Below, piece after piece: positions 1-10,073 of a stretch of DNA of 64,000 nucleotides. Each line of letters opens with the position of its first letter. The first letter of the stretch is position 1. The DNA lies in NCBI GenBank assembly GCA_041664465.1, contig JBAYKP010000003.1:19405-83404 (forward strand). The letters run 5' to 3'. The notes under the pieces were generated by a model. The model saw nothing but the letters and a program-made list of their open reading frames with translations. It searched no databases and had not been told where the DNA came from. Made by a program: the position numbers and the translations under genes. The DNA is from Minisyncoccota bacterium (GTDB lineage: Bacteria > Patescibacteriota > Minisyncoccia > Phycocordibacterales > UBA9973).

Positions 1-105
1 GGTGTTTTGGCAATCATTTGCTTCTCCATTCCAATTTGCCGCAAACGCATTTTGCGCAGCAAAAAGTAAAACAAAACTAAAGATTCCGACTATTATTTTT
101 TTCAT
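1..105 (-). CDS. Secreted protein, N-terminal fragment (truncated by window edge)
   Basis: ATG at 105 reads MKKIIVGIFSFVLLFAAQNAFAANWNGEANDCQNT, a typical Sec signal peptide with an AFA cleavage site; not in the ORF track. Confidence 0.7.
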   Translation of the reverse strand, partial: MKKIIVGIFSFVLLFAAQNAFAANWNGEANDCQNT

Positions 106-181
106 ATATTTTTTCATATTATTATTTATTATTATTACAATTTTAAACCTTCAATTTCGAAGAATTAAAGACTTAAATATG

Positions 182-217
182 TAGTGAAGCTTTTAATTAA
201 ATTAAAGGCTTCACTAT
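182..217. terminator. Hairpin, probable terminator
   Basis: TAGTGAAGCTTTTAAT...ATTAAAGGCTTCACTA inverted repeat downstream of 298..1041. Confidence 0.5.
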
Positions 218-297
218 TATATTTATTACTACAGCTTTTCTTGTTTCTACTTAATTAAAAGTAGTTTTAAACTTAAGCTGTTTTTTAAAGAGCAAAT

Positions 298-1041
298 TTA
301 AAAGTTGATGTTAGCACGAAACCCAATAAAAGGGTTTTGTACCCGCCCTTGTGGCTGAGCATCTACGGGACTACCATCTTTCTTAGGAGGAGGAATGACC
401 ACGATAGGCTCTGATGACCCACCTTGGTTTTCAATAATGCGGTAAGTTCCGTACGCAAACCCTACTCCAGCAATCCACTTAACCAATGGATAATTTTTAT
501 TGAAATAATATAGCTTGCTATGCTTTATTTCAATTACCGGTGGAGGAGGTGGAGGTGGAGGAGTTGACGAAACTGTCCCCCTAAAGTATCTCCAGTCATG
601 ATTTACGGCTGGAACTGGGACAGGTTGATCTTCTTCTATCAAACCAAAATATTTTCTCTGTGTGTTTAAAATGTTGACACAGGTATCCTTATACAGGATA
701 GTCTCAAATATTTTGTTCTGGTAGAGAGTTATCTCTCCTTCAAATCTTTTCCCTGGAAAAAATTTTAACTCTTGGGTTGGGACATCCCAATAAGAGTTTT
801 CATAAGTCCCGGCTTCGAGAATTGTGTCTTTAACCACAACTTTTTGAAACAAGGAATTGATACTACTTTCTCCTGTTTTAAGGAGAAGGTAAGCAGAAAC
901 TTTTTTCGCTTTTGGTGAATCCCCATTGGCGAAATTTTTGACTTGCCTTGGACTATAGTGCCCGTAAGGAAGTATGGGCTGTCTCTGTCCATTTGTTATC
1001 AACCAACCTAGGGCGAATAACAAAACTATTGTTTTTTTCAT
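298..1041 (-). CDS. Hypothetical secreted/membrane protein with poly-Pro linker
   Basis: 247-aa ORF with signal peptide, poly-Pro run and C-terminal hydrophobic segment; own promoter TTGACA(1161-1156)-17-TATAAT(1138-1133). Confidence 0.7.
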   Translation of the reverse strand: MKKTIVLLFALGWLITNGQRQPILPYGHYSPRQVKNFANGDSPKAKKVSAYLLLKTGESSINSLFQKVVVKDTILEAGTYENSYWDVPTQELKFFPGKRFEGEITLYQNKIFETILYKDTCVNILNTQRKYFGLIEEDQPVPVPAVNHDWRYFRGTVSSTPPPPPPPPVIEIKHSKLYYFNKNYPLVKWIAGVGFAYGTYRIIENQGGSSEPIVVIPPPKKDGSPVDAQPQGRVQNPFIGFRANINF

Positions 1042-1312
1042 TTTAAATCCCTAATTTTGTTCTATCCATCCCCTAAATAGCTCTTTAATTAAGAAAGAGA
1101 TACAACAAAACTAGAAATTGACATTTGCACATATTATATCAAATCCTGCAACTATTGTCAACCCCACCCTAAATCCCCTTTCTGGTGACCTATTTATAAA
1201 GTTTTTTAATTAAAAAGTTAAAATTTTATTATATAAATAAAAAAAGGGCCTGGGATAAATTAATAATCCCAGGTTTTTCCTTTCCTTTAATATTGTTTGC
1301 AGAAAAAAATAA

Positions 1313-1936
1313 TTAATACAAGTTTTCCCATCCTTCATTATCATCTTGGGGTTCTATGAACTTTCTAAAGTCTACCAGAAGATAACATGGTGGATTTGGT
1401 ATAACAATTTTTATGTTACATTCCTTCCCGTTATATTTTACAGTACCAGTAGCACTAAAAATAAAAGAATCGGGGTTCTTAGCTGTTTTAGTTTTTTCGG
1501 CTATATCCTTTTTGCAAACTGTGAAAAAATACTCCACATTTTTTCTTTTACAGGTTACTTGAATGAAATCACATGTCTTTCTATTACTAATTATTTTGTA
1601 ACTGACATCTGAGATTTTCATTGGTGTTCTAATAGGAATTTTTTTTGCAACCTTGTTAGAATCTACGGAATAGATAACTCCGTTTTCAATGAAATCGTGT
1701 TCTTCCATTTCTTGAAGTTCTTCTGTTTTTTCAATAACCAAAACAATACTGTTATAAAAAGTTATCGTGTCCTTTTTACTTAAGTCTCTTTTGAGTCTTT
1801 GCTCAAAATTTTTAAGGCTATCTATTTTAACAGAATCAACCGAAGTTGTTGCTTTTGTGGTCTCTTTTTGTGGAGTACAACCCAAAAAAATAACACTAAA
1901 AAAAATCACTAAAATCCAAAAAGTCTGTGTTTTCAT
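1313..1936 (-). CDS. Hypothetical lipoprotein
   Basis: Signal peptide ending FLGC (lipobox-like); own promoter TTGACA(2063-2058)-17-TACAAT; hairpin ~1247-1275 downstream. Confidence 0.7.
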   Translation of the reverse strand: MKTQTFWILVIFFSVIFLGCTPQKETTKATTSVDSVKIDSLKNFEQRLKRDLSKKDTITFYNSIVLVIEKTEELQEMEEHDFIENGVIYSVDSNKVAKKIPIRTPMKISDVSYKIISNRKTCDFIQVTCKRKNVEYFFTVCKKDIAEKTKTAKNPDSFIFSATGTVKYNGKECNIKIVIPNPPCYLLVDFRKFIEPQDDNEGWENLY

Positions 1937-2066
1937 AATTATAAATTTATGTGAAATGAATATTAAAATATCTTATTTATGCCCCAATGATGAGAAGCAA
2001 ATAAGATACTTTAATAGCCTAACAATTTGAGTATATTGTATAATAATAAATCAAGTCTGTCAACCC

Positions 2067-2200
2067 TAATTCCTCCCCTTGATAAGGGGGACTGAGGGGG
2101 TTGTTTCCCCTCTCCTTTACAAGGAGAGGGTTGGGGAGAGGTTCCTAATTAATTAAGAACCTCCCCTCATTCCCCTCCTTAGTAAGGAGGGGAGGAATTA
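2067..2200. repeat. Family A GC-rich palindromic repeat (REP-like), extended copy
   Basis: CCCCTCCTTAGTAAGGAGGGG-type hairpins around GTTCCTAATTAATTAAGAAC; related copies at 18562, 34064 and 57949. Confidence 0.9.
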
Positions 2201-2250
2201 GCTCAATCTTCCCTTTTATAAACCTTACTTATAATATATAATGGATATAT

Positions 2251-3951
2251 ATGACACTCACATTTGATGACGACAAGCAAAAGAAAAATCTATCAGATTT
2301 GCGAAAGCAAGAGGAGGAGGACTTGGTGGATACATTAGCAGAGACTCGCTATGGAGTTCCTCCTGTGCATCTATCCGTTATTCCAATAGACAACGACGCT
2401 CTCCGTACTATAGATGAGAAAGAGGCCAGAGAGTTAGAAGTCGCTCCGTTCAAACTTCTCGGGAAAGATATTCACGTCGCTGTTCATTCGCCACAACCAG
2501 ATAAATTAGAAAATTTGAAAAAGTATTTTGCAGATCGCGAGTATATCCCCCATTTCTATATGGCATCCAAGTTTAGTTTAGAAAAAGCTTGGGATAGATA
2601 CAAAGAAATTTCATATGCTTCCGAATCCAAAGCAGGCGGTATAGCTATCTCAGGAGAAGTTTTGAAAAAGTTGATGGCGGGTATTAAGAATATTGAAGAT
2701 ATTAAAAAAGCAATTTTAGATATAGAAAAAGATAATATCCATACGACTTCCCACATACTAGAGATAGCTATCGCTGGGGCTGTCGCTATCAATGCTTCCG
2801 ATATACACTTTGAGCCAGAAGAAAATACTGTGCGTTTAAGATTCCGTCTCGATGGAATTCTCCATACAGTAATGGATATCCCCCCTGCCGCTCACAAATT
2901 TATAAATTCTCGCATCAAGCTTATCTCTGGTCTTAAGATTACTGCGAACTCTATCGCTCAAGATGGGCGATTCAGCATCTGGCTTGATCAAGATGAGATT
3001 TCTCTCCGCGTCTCTCTCATCCCCGGAGCCTACGGCGAATCTATCGTGATGCGTATCTTAAATCCGAAATCTATCAGAGTAAAACTTGAAGATATGGGTA
3101 TAGAGCCCAAATTGTATGAGATATTCATGAAAGAAATAAAGAAGCCCAATGGTCTCATTCTCCTCACAGGTCCGACTGGCTCTGGTAAGACGACGACTCT
3201 CTACTCTTTCCTACAGAAAATTTATTCGACGGAAATTAAAATTATCACCATAGAAGACCCTATCGAATATCATTTGCCGGGGATTACCCAGACTCAGACA
3301 GATGAAGAAAAGGGTTATACTTTCCTAGAAGGCTTGCGTTCATCTCTTCGCCAAGATCCTGATGTCATAATGGTAGGAGAAATCCGTGATAGCGAGACAG
3401 CCAAGATTGCCGTGGAGTCTGCCCTTACTGGGCACCTCGTCTTCTCTACTTTGCATACGAACAACGCTGCTGGAGTCATCCCTCGTCTGATAGATCTAGA
3501 AGTGAATCCGAAAATTCTAGTCTCGGCGTTGTCTCTATCAATTGCTCAGCGTCTAGTAAGGAGGCTCTGCCTCAATTGCAGAAAAGAAAGAGTAATAAAA
3601 CCAGAAGAATTATCTTTAATAAATGGAATGATAGAAAAAGCGAAATCTTATGGAAAAGATTTCGCAGATTATGGAGTAGATATGAAGAATCCATTTAAAT
3701 TCTATGAAGCTACTGGATGTCTAGAATGCAACAATACGGGATTCAAGGGTCAGATAGGAATATTTGAAGCAATTTATAATGATGCCAAGATAGAAGATAT
3801 AATTGTGACGAATCCAAGTGAAAGAGAAATCAAAGAAGTAGCAAAGAGCCAAGTCTCTCTCAATATGCAACAAGATGGCCTTGTGAAAATACTAAAAGGA
3901 ATCACTTCTTATGAAGAAGTCGCCAGCACAGTGGATTTCTACGAGGAATAA
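2251..3951 (+). CDS. pilB: Type IV pilus assembly ATPase, GspE/PilB family
   Basis: ASDIHFEP, Walker A GPTGSGKT, TIEDPIEY, LRQDPDVIMVGEIRD, GHLVFSTLHTN and two CxxC motifs. Confidence 0.9.
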   Translation: MTLTFDDDKQKKNLSDLRKQEEEDLVDTLAETRYGVPPVHLSVIPIDNDALRTIDEKEARELEVAPFKLLGKDIHVAVHSPQPDKLENLKKYFADREYIPHFYMASKFSLEKAWDRYKEISYASESKAGGIAISGEVLKKLMAGIKNIEDIKKAILDIEKDNIHTTSHILEIAIAGAVAINASDIHFEPEENTVRLRFRLDGILHTVMDIPPAAHKFINSRIKLISGLKITANSIAQDGRFSIWLDQDEISLRVSLIPGAYGESIVMRILNPKSIRVKLEDMGIEPKLYEIFMKEIKKPNGLILLTGPTGSGKTTTLYSFLQKIYSTEIKIITIEDPIEYHLPGITQTQTDEEKGYTFLEGLRSSLRQDPDVIMVGEIRDSETAKIAVESALTGHLVFSTLHTNNAAGVIPRLIDLEVNPKILVSALSLSIAQRLVRRLCLNCRKERVIKPEELSLINGMIEKAKSYGKDFADYGVDMKNPFKFYEATGCLECNNTGFKGQIGIFEAIYNDAKIEDIIVTNPSEREIKEVAKSQVSLNMQQDGLVKILKGITSYEEVASTVDFYEE

Positions 3952-4105
3952 AAAAACATAAATCTCTAAACAATCCTTTGGAAGCATGCGCTAACAAAGT
4001 AATATATGATTACAGGATAGCCACAGTAAATATAAATATAAACCAAGACGTCCTATGCACATATATAGAGCACGGGGCCGATTGCTTAGAGATTTATGTT
4101 CTCTT
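3950..4105 (-). ncRNA. Candidate rod-shaped structured ncRNA (6S RNA-like)
   Basis: 21-bp terminal inverted repeat 3955-3975/4080-4100; nested internal stems with G-U pairs on the minus strand; ends in a U-run. Confidence 0.45.
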
Positions 4106-4173
4106 CGCATAAAAAAATGCTATAATCAAACTGTATTAAATAACTAAAAGAAGTATAGCATACTAAGAAAATA

Positions 4174-5199
4174 ATGTCAAGTAAAGATAATACAACCAAA
4201 CACATTCGGGAAGAAGCCTCAGTGCACAGTAAGGATGAAGGCTTCTTAGACCAGACACTGCGTCCAGAGGTCTGGGAAGAGTATATTGGCCAAGAAAATA
4301 TCAAAGCCAATCTCAAAATTCTTCTAACTGCCGCCGAAGAGCGAAACCATCCTGCCGAGCATATCCTTTTCTATGGTCCACCAGGTCTTGGCAAGACTAC
4401 CTTGGCTCATTTGATAGCCAAAGAGACTCGTAGGCAAATTAAAATTACTTCCGGACCTGCCATAGAGAAAGTTGGAGACCTTGCTTCTATACTTACCAAT
4501 CTCGCCCCTGGTGATATTGTCTTCATAGATGAGATCCACCGTCTAAATAAAATGGTGGAAGAAATACTTTATCCAGCGATGGAGTCTGGTGTTTTAGATA
4601 TCATTATTGGTAAGGGTCCTTCAGCTCGTACTATTCAGCTTGAGCTCCCGCCTTTCACTCTTATTGCTGCTACTACCCGCATTGCTCTCCTCTCTTCCCC
4701 TCTTCGTTCACGTTTCTCTGGTGGAGTTTTTAGACTTGAATTCTATACCCACGATGAAATAAAAAAGATATTGGCTCGTTCGGCAAAAATATTGGGGGTA
4801 GAATTAGAAAGTGATGCATTGGATGAGATAGCCAAGCGCGCTCGTTTCACACCTCGTACTGCCAATTATTTCCTCAAGCGTTGTCGCGACTATGCACAAG
4901 TTCATAAATTGCCACTTTCTAAAGATGCAGTAAAGAAGGCTTTGGCTTTACTTGAAATAGATGAGATAGGTCTCTCTTCTTCTGATAGAAGAATCCTTGA
5001 AATAATAATCAACAAATTTAATGGCGGACCAGTCGGGCTTAAAACTATCTCAGCCGCTACAAGTGAAGAAGAGGCGACAATAGAAGAAGTCATAGAGCCA
5101 TACCTGATACAACTTGGGCTTCTCGAGCGTACTAGCCGTGGTAGAACCGTCACTAAAAAGGGTTATGAGCATTTAGGGTTTGATTTTATAGGAAAATAA
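4174..5199 (+). CDS. ruvB: Holliday junction branch migration helicase RuvB
   Basis: LRP..EYIGQ, GPPGLGKTTLA, FIDEIHRL, GGPVG and EPYL motifs. Confidence 0.97.
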   Translation: MSSKDNTTKHIREEASVHSKDEGFLDQTLRPEVWEEYIGQENIKANLKILLTAAEERNHPAEHILFYGPPGLGKTTLAHLIAKETRRQIKITSGPAIEKVGDLASILTNLAPGDIVFIDEIHRLNKMVEEILYPAMESGVLDIIIGKGPSARTIQLELPPFTLIAATTRIALLSSPLRSRFSGGVFRLEFYTHDEIKKILARSAKILGVELESDALDEIAKRARFTPRTANYFLKRCRDYAQVHKLPLSKDAVKKALALLEIDEIGLSSSDRRILEIIINKFNGGPVGLKTISAATSEEEATIEEVIEPYLIQLGLLERTSRGRTVTKKGYEHLGFDFIGK

Positions 5200-5200
5200 T

Positions 5201-5692
5201 ATGAAAATACTTGCAATCGATCCTGGCTTTGAAAGAGTCGGAATAGCGGTAACAGAGAAGACAAATGCAAAGAAACACTTGCTTGTTTATTCTGATTGTT
5301 TTAAAACTTCTGCAAAAATTCCTTTTCACAAGAGACTCACTCTAATTGGAAATGAAATAGAAAAAATTATTAAGAAGTACAAACCGGAAGCTCTGGCAAT
5401 AGAGAAATTATATTTCACTACCAATCAAAAGACTGTAATGGGTGTTTCTGAAGCGCGAGGAGTCATTATATATACTGCTTCAAGAAATAGTTTAAATATT
5501 TTTGAATACACCCCTCCCCAGATAAAAGTAGCGGTTACAGGATATGGCAAAGCCAGCAAGGATATGGTGATGTCTATGGTGCCGAAACTTATAAATATAG
5601 ATAAAAGCATTAATTCTGATGATGAATTGGACGCTATCGCCATAGGTCTCACATTGCTTGCTTGTGAGAAATTCACTATAAAACAAAAATAG
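5201..5692 (+). CDS. ruvC: Holliday junction resolvase RuvC
   Basis: ILAIDPG, AIEKLYF, EARGV, VTGYGKASK and DAIAIG motifs; directly after ruvB. Confidence 0.95.
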   Translation: MKILAIDPGFERVGIAVTEKTNAKKHLLVYSDCFKTSAKIPFHKRLTLIGNEIEKIIKKYKPEALAIEKLYFTTNQKTVMGVSEARGVIIYTASRNSLNIFEYTPPQIKVAVTGYGKASKDMVMSMVPKLINIDKSINSDDELDAIAIGLTLLACEKFTIKQK

Positions 5693-5701
5693 TTATCCAC
5701 A
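5693..5701 (+). promoter_or_regulatory. Perfect DnaA box
   Basis: TTATCCACA directly after the ruvC stop, ~5.5 kb from oriC. Confidence 0.6.
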
Positions 5702-5781
5702 GTTTAAAAGGTATTGCAAAGAAAATAATATTTTGATACAAATGATTATTATAATATGTTTTTAAATTAAAATATTAAATT

Positions 5782-5976
5782 ATGAGTTATAAAGATGATG
5801 AAGAACTAAGTGGAATAGAGATTAAAGACGACGAAGAAGATGTGCTTATTTCTCCAGATGATCTTGATGATCCACTGGACGATGATTTAATAGTGGATGA
5901 TGATTTAATCGCCATTGAAGAAGAAGACGATGAATTAGAAGATTTCGTCGGATTAGATGGTTCTCCTGATTATTAA
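5782..5976 (+). CDS. Small, extremely acidic protein
   Basis: 64 aa with about 30 D/E; fills the gap between ruvC and convergent tyrS. Confidence 0.65.
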   Translation: MSYKDDEELSGIEIKDDEEDVLISPDDLDDPLDDDLIVDDDLIAIEEEDDELEDFVGLDGSPDY

Positions 5977-7178
5977 TTCGTTTCAATTCTACAAAACCTT
6001 TTCTTCCCTATTCTATAGACTCCACTTTTTGCTAATTCTCCCATAGCAGAAACTTTTTCATTTTTCTCCATATAGGTCACAGCCCCACTTTCTACAAGTC
6101 GTCTAAATTCGCTTTTTGATTCAATAATTTTATTATTCAATAGTACCTCTACCAATAGAGCACCTTTTTTTGCAACAATTTTTTCTACTTCTTCCGGTAT
6201 CTCCTTTTTAGAAAAAGTCTTTTCCCAATTATCTTGCGCTTTTATAGCTTCTTGTTCGCTTTTTATAGACTTAACAATTTCATATGCCATTAGTTTTTTA
6301 AACTGCATAGGATTTGCGCCTTGTTTTATTTCTTCTTCAATCTTTTTTATATCTTCCATAGATACCTCTGTTAGAAGTTCCAACCCAGATAAAATAGCAG
6401 TATCTGGGTAAGACATGGCCTTCCCGAACATTTGCTCTGCGTTGTCACCTAGATTAATACCATTGCCCTTGGTTTTACTCATAGTAATGCCATCTGGGGC
6501 ATCCATCATTTTATTTGCTCTAACAAATTTTTCTTTGTTCAAATAAATTTTTGATAAATCTCTACCAACCAGCATATTGAAAATCTGATCAGCTCCACCG
6601 ATTTCTATATCAACTCCCATTGCAACCCCATCATATCCCTGCATTAATGGGTACACAATTTCGTGTAATTTAAATTGCTCTTCATCTTTTAATCTTTTTT
6701 TGAATAAATCCCTTTGTAATATTTGTGGTACAGTAAAATTAGACATCAATTTCAAAACATCTTCTAGTTGTAATTTAGAAAGCCATTTAAAATTTCTTTC
6801 AAATCGAACAGGATTTCCCCCTCCAAAATCTATAAGCTGGGCGGCTTGTTCTTTCCAGTTGGCCATATTTTTTTCAATTTCATCATCAGTCAATATTTTT
6901 CTAGTTGAGCCCTTGTCAGGGTCACCAATTTTAGAAGTAAAATCACCAACCAAAAAAATCACTTCATGCCCTAATTCTTGCAAAATTTTTAAAGCCCGTA
7001 TGCCTATGGCATGTCCTACATGAAGATAAGGACCTGTTGGATCAAAGCCTTGATAAATTTTTAGTCTTTCTCCTGACATTAATTTTTCTTTGAGTTTCTC
7101 TTTCGATGGGAAAATCTCCGCAACTCCCCTTTCTAAAAATTGGTCTATCTTCTTTTCATCTATTATTACTTTACTCAT
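5973..7178 (-). CDS. tyrS: Tyrosine--tRNA ligase
   Basis: YQGFDPTG..LHVGH (HIGH), GGADQ, MSKT (KMSKS-like) and C-terminal S4-like domain; start 7178 preferred over 7184. Confidence 0.95.
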   Translation of the reverse strand: MSKVIIDEKKIDQFLERGVAEIFPSKEKLKEKLMSGERLKIYQGFDPTGPYLHVGHAIGIRALKILQELGHEVIFLVGDFTSKIGDPDKGSTRKILTDDEIEKNMANWKEQAAQLIDFGGGNPVRFERNFKWLSKLQLEDVLKLMSNFTVPQILQRDLFKKRLKDEEQFKLHEIVYPLMQGYDGVAMGVDIEIGGADQIFNMLVGRDLSKIYLNKEKFVRANKMMDAPDGITMSKTKGNGINLGDNAEQMFGKAMSYPDTAILSGLELLTEVSMEDIKKIEEEIKQGANPMQFKKLMAYEIVKSIKSEQEAIKAQDNWEKTFSKKEIPEEVEKIVAKKGALLVEVLLNNKIIESKSEFRRLVESGAVTYMEKNEKVSAMGELAKSGVYRIGKKRFCRIETN

Positions 7179-7223
7179 ATTCATATATTATCACATCTTT
7201 TGCTCTTTGTCCGTAGAATTTTT

Positions 7224-7263
7224 CCTCCCCTGTGAAGGGGAGGTGGCTCCTAGCCGGAGGGGT
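7224..7263 (+). repeat. Family B double-hairpin repeat
   Basis: CCTCCCCTGTGAAGGGGAGG-TGGCTCCTAGCC-GGAGGGGT in the divergent tyrS/PBP intergenic region. Confidence 0.85.
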
Positions 7264-7285
7264 TTTTGTGTTATGATATATAAGT

Positions 7286-9787
7286 ATGAAAAAAATATCA
7301 CCTAAGACATCTAAATTATTAAAAAATATAGCCTTTGTTTGTATTGGATTGGGGGTCATATTCACAGGAGTTCTCATTGTTTGGATTAGTACATTGAAAT
7401 TACCAGACTTTAAGCTTTTCACTGAAAGGAAAATACAAGGTTCTACCAAGATCTATGATCGCACAGGTGAGATATTACTTTATGATGTTCATGAAAATAT
7501 TAAAAGGACAGTAATCCCTTATGAAGAAATAGGAACTAATATAAAAAATGCCACAGTTGCTATCGAGGACTCAGATTTCTATAATCACAAGGGTATCCGT
7601 ATTTCTTCTATAATTCGAGCAACAATTTGGGCTAAACTAACCGGTAGAAAAGTTCAAGGAGGTTCTACCATAACTCAACAGTTAATTAAAAATACTCTTC
7701 TGACTCCAGAAGTAACCATCACTCGCAAAATGAAAGAGTGGATACTCTCAGTAAAACTTGAAAAGATTATGAGCAAGGAAGATATTCTCACTCTATATTT
7801 AAACGAAGCCCCTTATGGTGGTAATCTCTATGGGATAGAAGAAGCAGCTAAAGCCTTCTTCAATAAAGAACCGTTGAATCTAACATTGGCCGAATCAGCC
7901 TACTTAGCAGCTATACCCAATGGCCCGACATACTATTCTCCTTACAGGAAAAATAAAGATAAATTGGATGAAAGAAAAAATTTAGTTTTAAAAAGAATGC
8001 TAGATTTAAAATGGATAGATGAAGCGACGTACAATACTGCTAAGAATGAAGTGGTGGTCTTCATGCCTGAGCGTCCAATGAACATTGCAGCCCCACACTT
8101 TGTATTTTTTATTAAAGATTATTTAGAGAAACATTATGGAATAAATGCCCTAGAAGAAGGTGGATTTAAAGTTATAACGACACTTGATTATAATCTGCAG
8201 AAAAAGGCAGAGGAAGTCGCCTTGCAAAGATCAAAAGAAAATGAAAAGAGTTGGAATGGTAAAAATGCAAGTATTGTAGCTATTGATCCCAAGACAGGAC
8301 AAATATTGGCAATGGTAGGATCTCGTAATTATTTTGATAAGACAGTGGATGGAAATTTCAATGTAGCCACAGCCGCAAGACAGCCAGGTTCTTCTTTCAA
8401 GCCGATAGTCTACGCTGCCGCTTTCGAAAAAGGATATACCACAGATACAACTCTTTTCGATGTGAAAACAGAATTCAATGCTTCTTGTAGCCCAGAAGGT
8501 AATCCTCTCCCAGGGCACAAGAACGCTACTTGCTATACACCAAGTGATTATGATAATAAATATCGCGGTCCAATGACGCTCCGTGATGCCCTAGCTCAAT
8601 CTATAAACATAGTAGCTATTAAACTTCTATATTTAGTCGGGATAAATGATTCATTAAAAATGGCAAGTGATTTAGGAATTACTACTTTGACTGACCCATC
8701 TCGATATGGATTGTCTCTAGTCATCGGAGGAGGAGAGACGACTCTCCTAGAAATGACTTCTGCTTATAGTGTCTTTGCGGCCAATGGAATTCGCCATCCT
8801 TATAAAGAAATTCTTTCTGTGGAAGATGCTAGTGGAAAAGTCTTAGAAAAATATGAAGACAAGCCATATCAAGTCCTCACCCCTAATACTACAAATATTT
8901 TATCTAATATTTTATCGGACGATAAGGCTCGAACTCCTACTTTTGGAGTAAACTCTGTTTTGAATATTTCGGGACACAATACAGCTGTAAAGACTGGTAC
9001 CACCAATGACAACAAGGATGCTTGGACGATTGGCTATACCCCTTCTATTGCTGTTGGTGTCTGGGTTGGTAACAATGATAACATCCCAATGAAAAAAGGC
9101 GGTGCAGCCCTTGCTGGCCCTATCTGGAACGATGTGATGTCCTTTGCCCTCAAAGACAAACCAAATGAATTCTTTGAAGAACCAGAGCCAATTGATCAAA
9201 ATTTACCTCCTATAATCCGTGGCTTCTGGCAAGGGGGAGAAACTTTCACTACAGATACTCCCTCATATAGCACCATTACCGGTCTTCCTCTTCTAAATAA
9301 TAAAAAAGAGGTGTCAGTAACAAATGTTCATACTATCTTATATTGGATAGATAAGAATAACCCACTAAATATGACTCCAAGCAAAAGTACTAATGACTCA
9401 CTTTATACCAACTGGGAATATGGAGTACAAAAGTGGTGGACAAACAATTATATGAATTATCAAAATGTTTCAGCCCTAGAAAGACCAACTGGTAGCAACA
9501 TAGAGCTATCTAAGCCAGAATTTACTATCAGCGGGATACATCCCGATTCTTATAAAAATACAGATAATGTTTCTTTCACTATTAATTCTATTGGACAAAA
9601 TCAAATCAAAAAAATAGATGTATTTATAAATAATACATATTATAAATCATTAAAAACTGCGCCTTTTAATGTCTCTTTTACTCCGAAAGATATATCCCCT
9701 ATAACAACCAATAATACTATCCGCATTGTCGGCTATGACACACTAGGTGGTGTTGGAGAAACTACTACCACAGTATTAATAAAATAA
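7286..9787 (+). CDS. Class A penicillin-binding protein (PBP1A family)
   Basis: Transglycosylase ED..F..H.G and GGSTITQQ; transpeptidase SSFK, SIN and KTG; C-terminal Ig-like domain. Confidence 0.93.
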   Translation: MKKISPKTSKLLKNIAFVCIGLGVIFTGVLIVWISTLKLPDFKLFTERKIQGSTKIYDRTGEILLYDVHENIKRTVIPYEEIGTNIKNATVAIEDSDFYNHKGIRISSIIRATIWAKLTGRKVQGGSTITQQLIKNTLLTPEVTITRKMKEWILSVKLEKIMSKEDILTLYLNEAPYGGNLYGIEEAAKAFFNKEPLNLTLAESAYLAAIPNGPTYYSPYRKNKDKLDERKNLVLKRMLDLKWIDEATYNTAKNEVVVFMPERPMNIAAPHFVFFIKDYLEKHYGINALEEGGFKVITTLDYNLQKKAEEVALQRSKENEKSWNGKNASIVAIDPKTGQILAMVGSRNYFDKTVDGNFNVATAARQPGSSFKPIVYAAAFEKGYTTDTTLFDVKTEFNASCSPEGNPLPGHKNATCYTPSDYDNKYRGPMTLRDALAQSINIVAIKLLYLVGINDSLKMASDLGITTLTDPSRYGLSLVIGGGETTLLEMTSAYSVFAANGIRHPYKEILSVEDASGKVLEKYEDKPYQVLTPNTTNILSNILSDDKARTPTFGVNSVLNISGHNTAVKTGTTNDNKDAWTIGYTPSIAVGVWVGNNDNIPMKKGGAALAGPIWNDVMSFALKDKPNEFFEEPEPIDQNLPPIIRGFWQGGETFTTDTPSYSTITGLPLLNNKKEVSVTNVHTILYWIDKNNPLNMTPSKSTNDSLYTNWEYGVQKWWTNNYMNYQNVSALERPTGSNIELSKPEFTISGIHPDSYKNTDNVSFTINSIGQNQIKKIDVFINNTYYKSLKTAPFNVSFTPKDISPITTNNTIRIVGYDTLGGVGETTTTVLIK

Positions 9788-9807
9788 ATAACTATTCCAA
9801 TAGTTAT

Positions 9808-10071
9808 TTATTTTATATCTTTAAAATTACTTTCCGGAGAGATTTCCAATATCTCTTTTAATATTTTTTCTTTTCTTATTAAAATCTCATTGCGAACCAA
9901 GGGAGAGGCTTTTATATAAATAAAAGGGGGTTTTATTTGAATAAATTTATCATCAATTTTTACTGAAATATTATTTTCTATAACCTTAGAAATTATTCTA
10001 TATTTTTCTTCTTTTGAAAAAAGAATGTCTTTAAATTTATCGAAATAATTTTTAATGTGATTATAATCCAT
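9808..10071 (-). CDS. Small protein downstream of dnaN, DciA/DUF721-like
   Basis: Position after dnaN and the IYIKASPLVRNEILIRKEKIL pattern; family assignment is inference. Confidence 0.5.
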   Translation of the reverse strand: MDYNHIKNYFDKFKDILFSKEEKYRIISKVIENNISVKIDDKFIQIKPPFIYIKASPLVRNEILIRKEKILKEILEISPESNFKDIK

Positions 10072-10073
10072 AC

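Noticed and set aside
2067-2200. Possible CRISPR array or simple terminator
   Set aside because: No regularly spaced repeat-spacer units and no cas genes; copies are dispersed, multi-hairpin, lack U-tails and also occur inside CDSs.
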